From Bugula neritina (Eukaryota; Animalia; Bryozoa): a DNA stretch of 64,000 bases. The notes beneath the pieces are model-generated. The model was not told the origin of the DNA, made no database searches, and saw only the letters and a program-made list of their open reading frames with translations. The translations under genes and the position numbers were made by a program. Below, one piece after another: positions 62,901-64,000 of the stretch (position 1 is the first letter of the stretch; every line of letters begins with the position of its first letter). The DNA lies in the NCBI GenBank assembly GCA_964035545.1, contig CAXIUT010000183.1, positions 1-64,000 of the forward strand. The letters run 5' to 3'.

Positions 62901-64000
62901 CGCAAAATACTACAACTTACTGAAATACACTGTAACATATTGAAACACACTGCAACACATTGAAATATACTGCAATGTACCGAAATATATGGTAAACTAC
63001 TGAAATATACGGTAACACATTGAAAAATACTGCAAGATACTGAAATAAACTGCGACACATTGCAATATACTGTAACATACTGAAATATGCTGTAGCACAC
63101 TGAGATACACTGCAACTCACTGAAATATACTGCAACATATTGAAATACACTGCAAGATCCTATAACATGCTGAAATACACTGTAACATATTGAAATAAAG
63201 TGCAGCACATTGAACTATACTGCGACATACCGAAATATATGGTAAACTAGTGAAATATACTGCAACATACTGAAATATACTGTAACACAATGAAATATAC
63301 TGCAACATACTGAAATACACTGTAACACACTGAAATAAACTGCAACATACTGAAATACACTGCAACATCCTACAACATACTGAAATACACTGTAACATAT
63401 TGAAACACACTGCAACACATTAAAATATACTGCAATGTACCGAATTATATGGTGAACTACTGAAATATACTGTAACACATTGAAAAATACTGCAAGATAC
63501 TGAAATATACTGCGACACATTGCAATATACTGTAACATACTGAAATATGCTATAGCACACTGAAATACACCGCAACTCACTGAAATATACTGCAACATAT
63601 TGAAATACACTGCAACATTCTACAACATGCTGAAACACACTGTAACGTATTGAAATACACTGCAACACATTGAAATATACTGCAACATACCGAAATATAT
63701 GGTAAACTACTGAAATATACTGTAACACATTGAAAAATACTGCAACATACTGAAATACACTGCAACCCACTGAAATACATCGCAAAAGACTACAACATAC
63801 TGAAACACACTGTAACATACTGAAATACACTGCAACAAACTACAACATATTGAAATACACTGCAACACATTGAAATATACTGCAACATACCTAAATATAC
63901 GGTAATATACCGAAAAAAAAACTGTAACAGAGTGAAAAATTCTGCAACACACTGAAATAAACTGCAACACACTGAAATACAGCGCAAAATACTACATTAT
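50909..64000. repeat. Satellite B, right block (same orientation; resumes exactly where the insertion interrupted it); runs off the window end
   Basis: Same 10-bp monomers and marker variants. The sequence after the element (ataccgaaatatatggtaaactact) is the expected continuation of the interrupted module. Confidence 0.98.
54775..60390. repeat. 1,860-bp (186-monomer) higher-order repeat, three nearly identical tandem copies
   Basis: Marker ORFs at exact +1860 steps: 54913/56773/58633, 55565/57425/59285, 55831/57691/59551, 56265/58125/59985. Only two substitutions were seen by eye (~59407, ~60236), both in copy 3. Confidence 0.93.

Noticed and set aside
3388-63987. More than 200 minus-strand ORFs (up to 740 aa) encoding Cys/Tyr/Val/Phe/Gln-rich repeats
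   Set aside because: They overlap in all three frames with the same peptide words, which follows from a 10-bp repeat with no stop triplets on that strand. There is no unique domain and no preferred frame.
3406-64000. CRISPR-like array
   Set aside because: There is no constant repeat separated by unique spacers and no cas genes. The whole region is degenerate decamer.

Overview
This is eukaryotic satellite DNA with no credible protein-coding gene. Bases 1-3405 are satellite A, a degenerate ~10/20-bp repeat (TTTAGGCACA / TTTTAGCACA) containing the telomere-like word TTAGGC. It abuts, with no spacer, satellite B (3406-64000, open-ended). Satellite B is built from 10-bp monomers alternating CTGAAATAYA and CTGYAACAYA, organised as 10-mer, 20-mer, ~0.2-0.3 kb modules and a patchwork of kb-scale higher-order repeats (about 3.9, 4.3, 9.4 and 8.7 kb, and a near-identical 1.86 kb x3). 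The only non-satellite sequence is a 2,574-bp non-autonomous DNA transposon (48335-50908). It has 5'-CACAG...CTGTG-3' ends, 19/20-bp terminal inverted repeats extended by ~200 bp of patchy inverted similarity, and a 2-bp AT target-site duplication. It carries a degenerate tRNA-like Pol III cassette (A box, B box, T7 run) on the minus strand. All minus-strand ORFs in the track are artefacts of a stop-free repeat strand. Higher-order repeat lengths come from offsets between identical marker ORFs and were checked by eye, so their boundaries are approximate.
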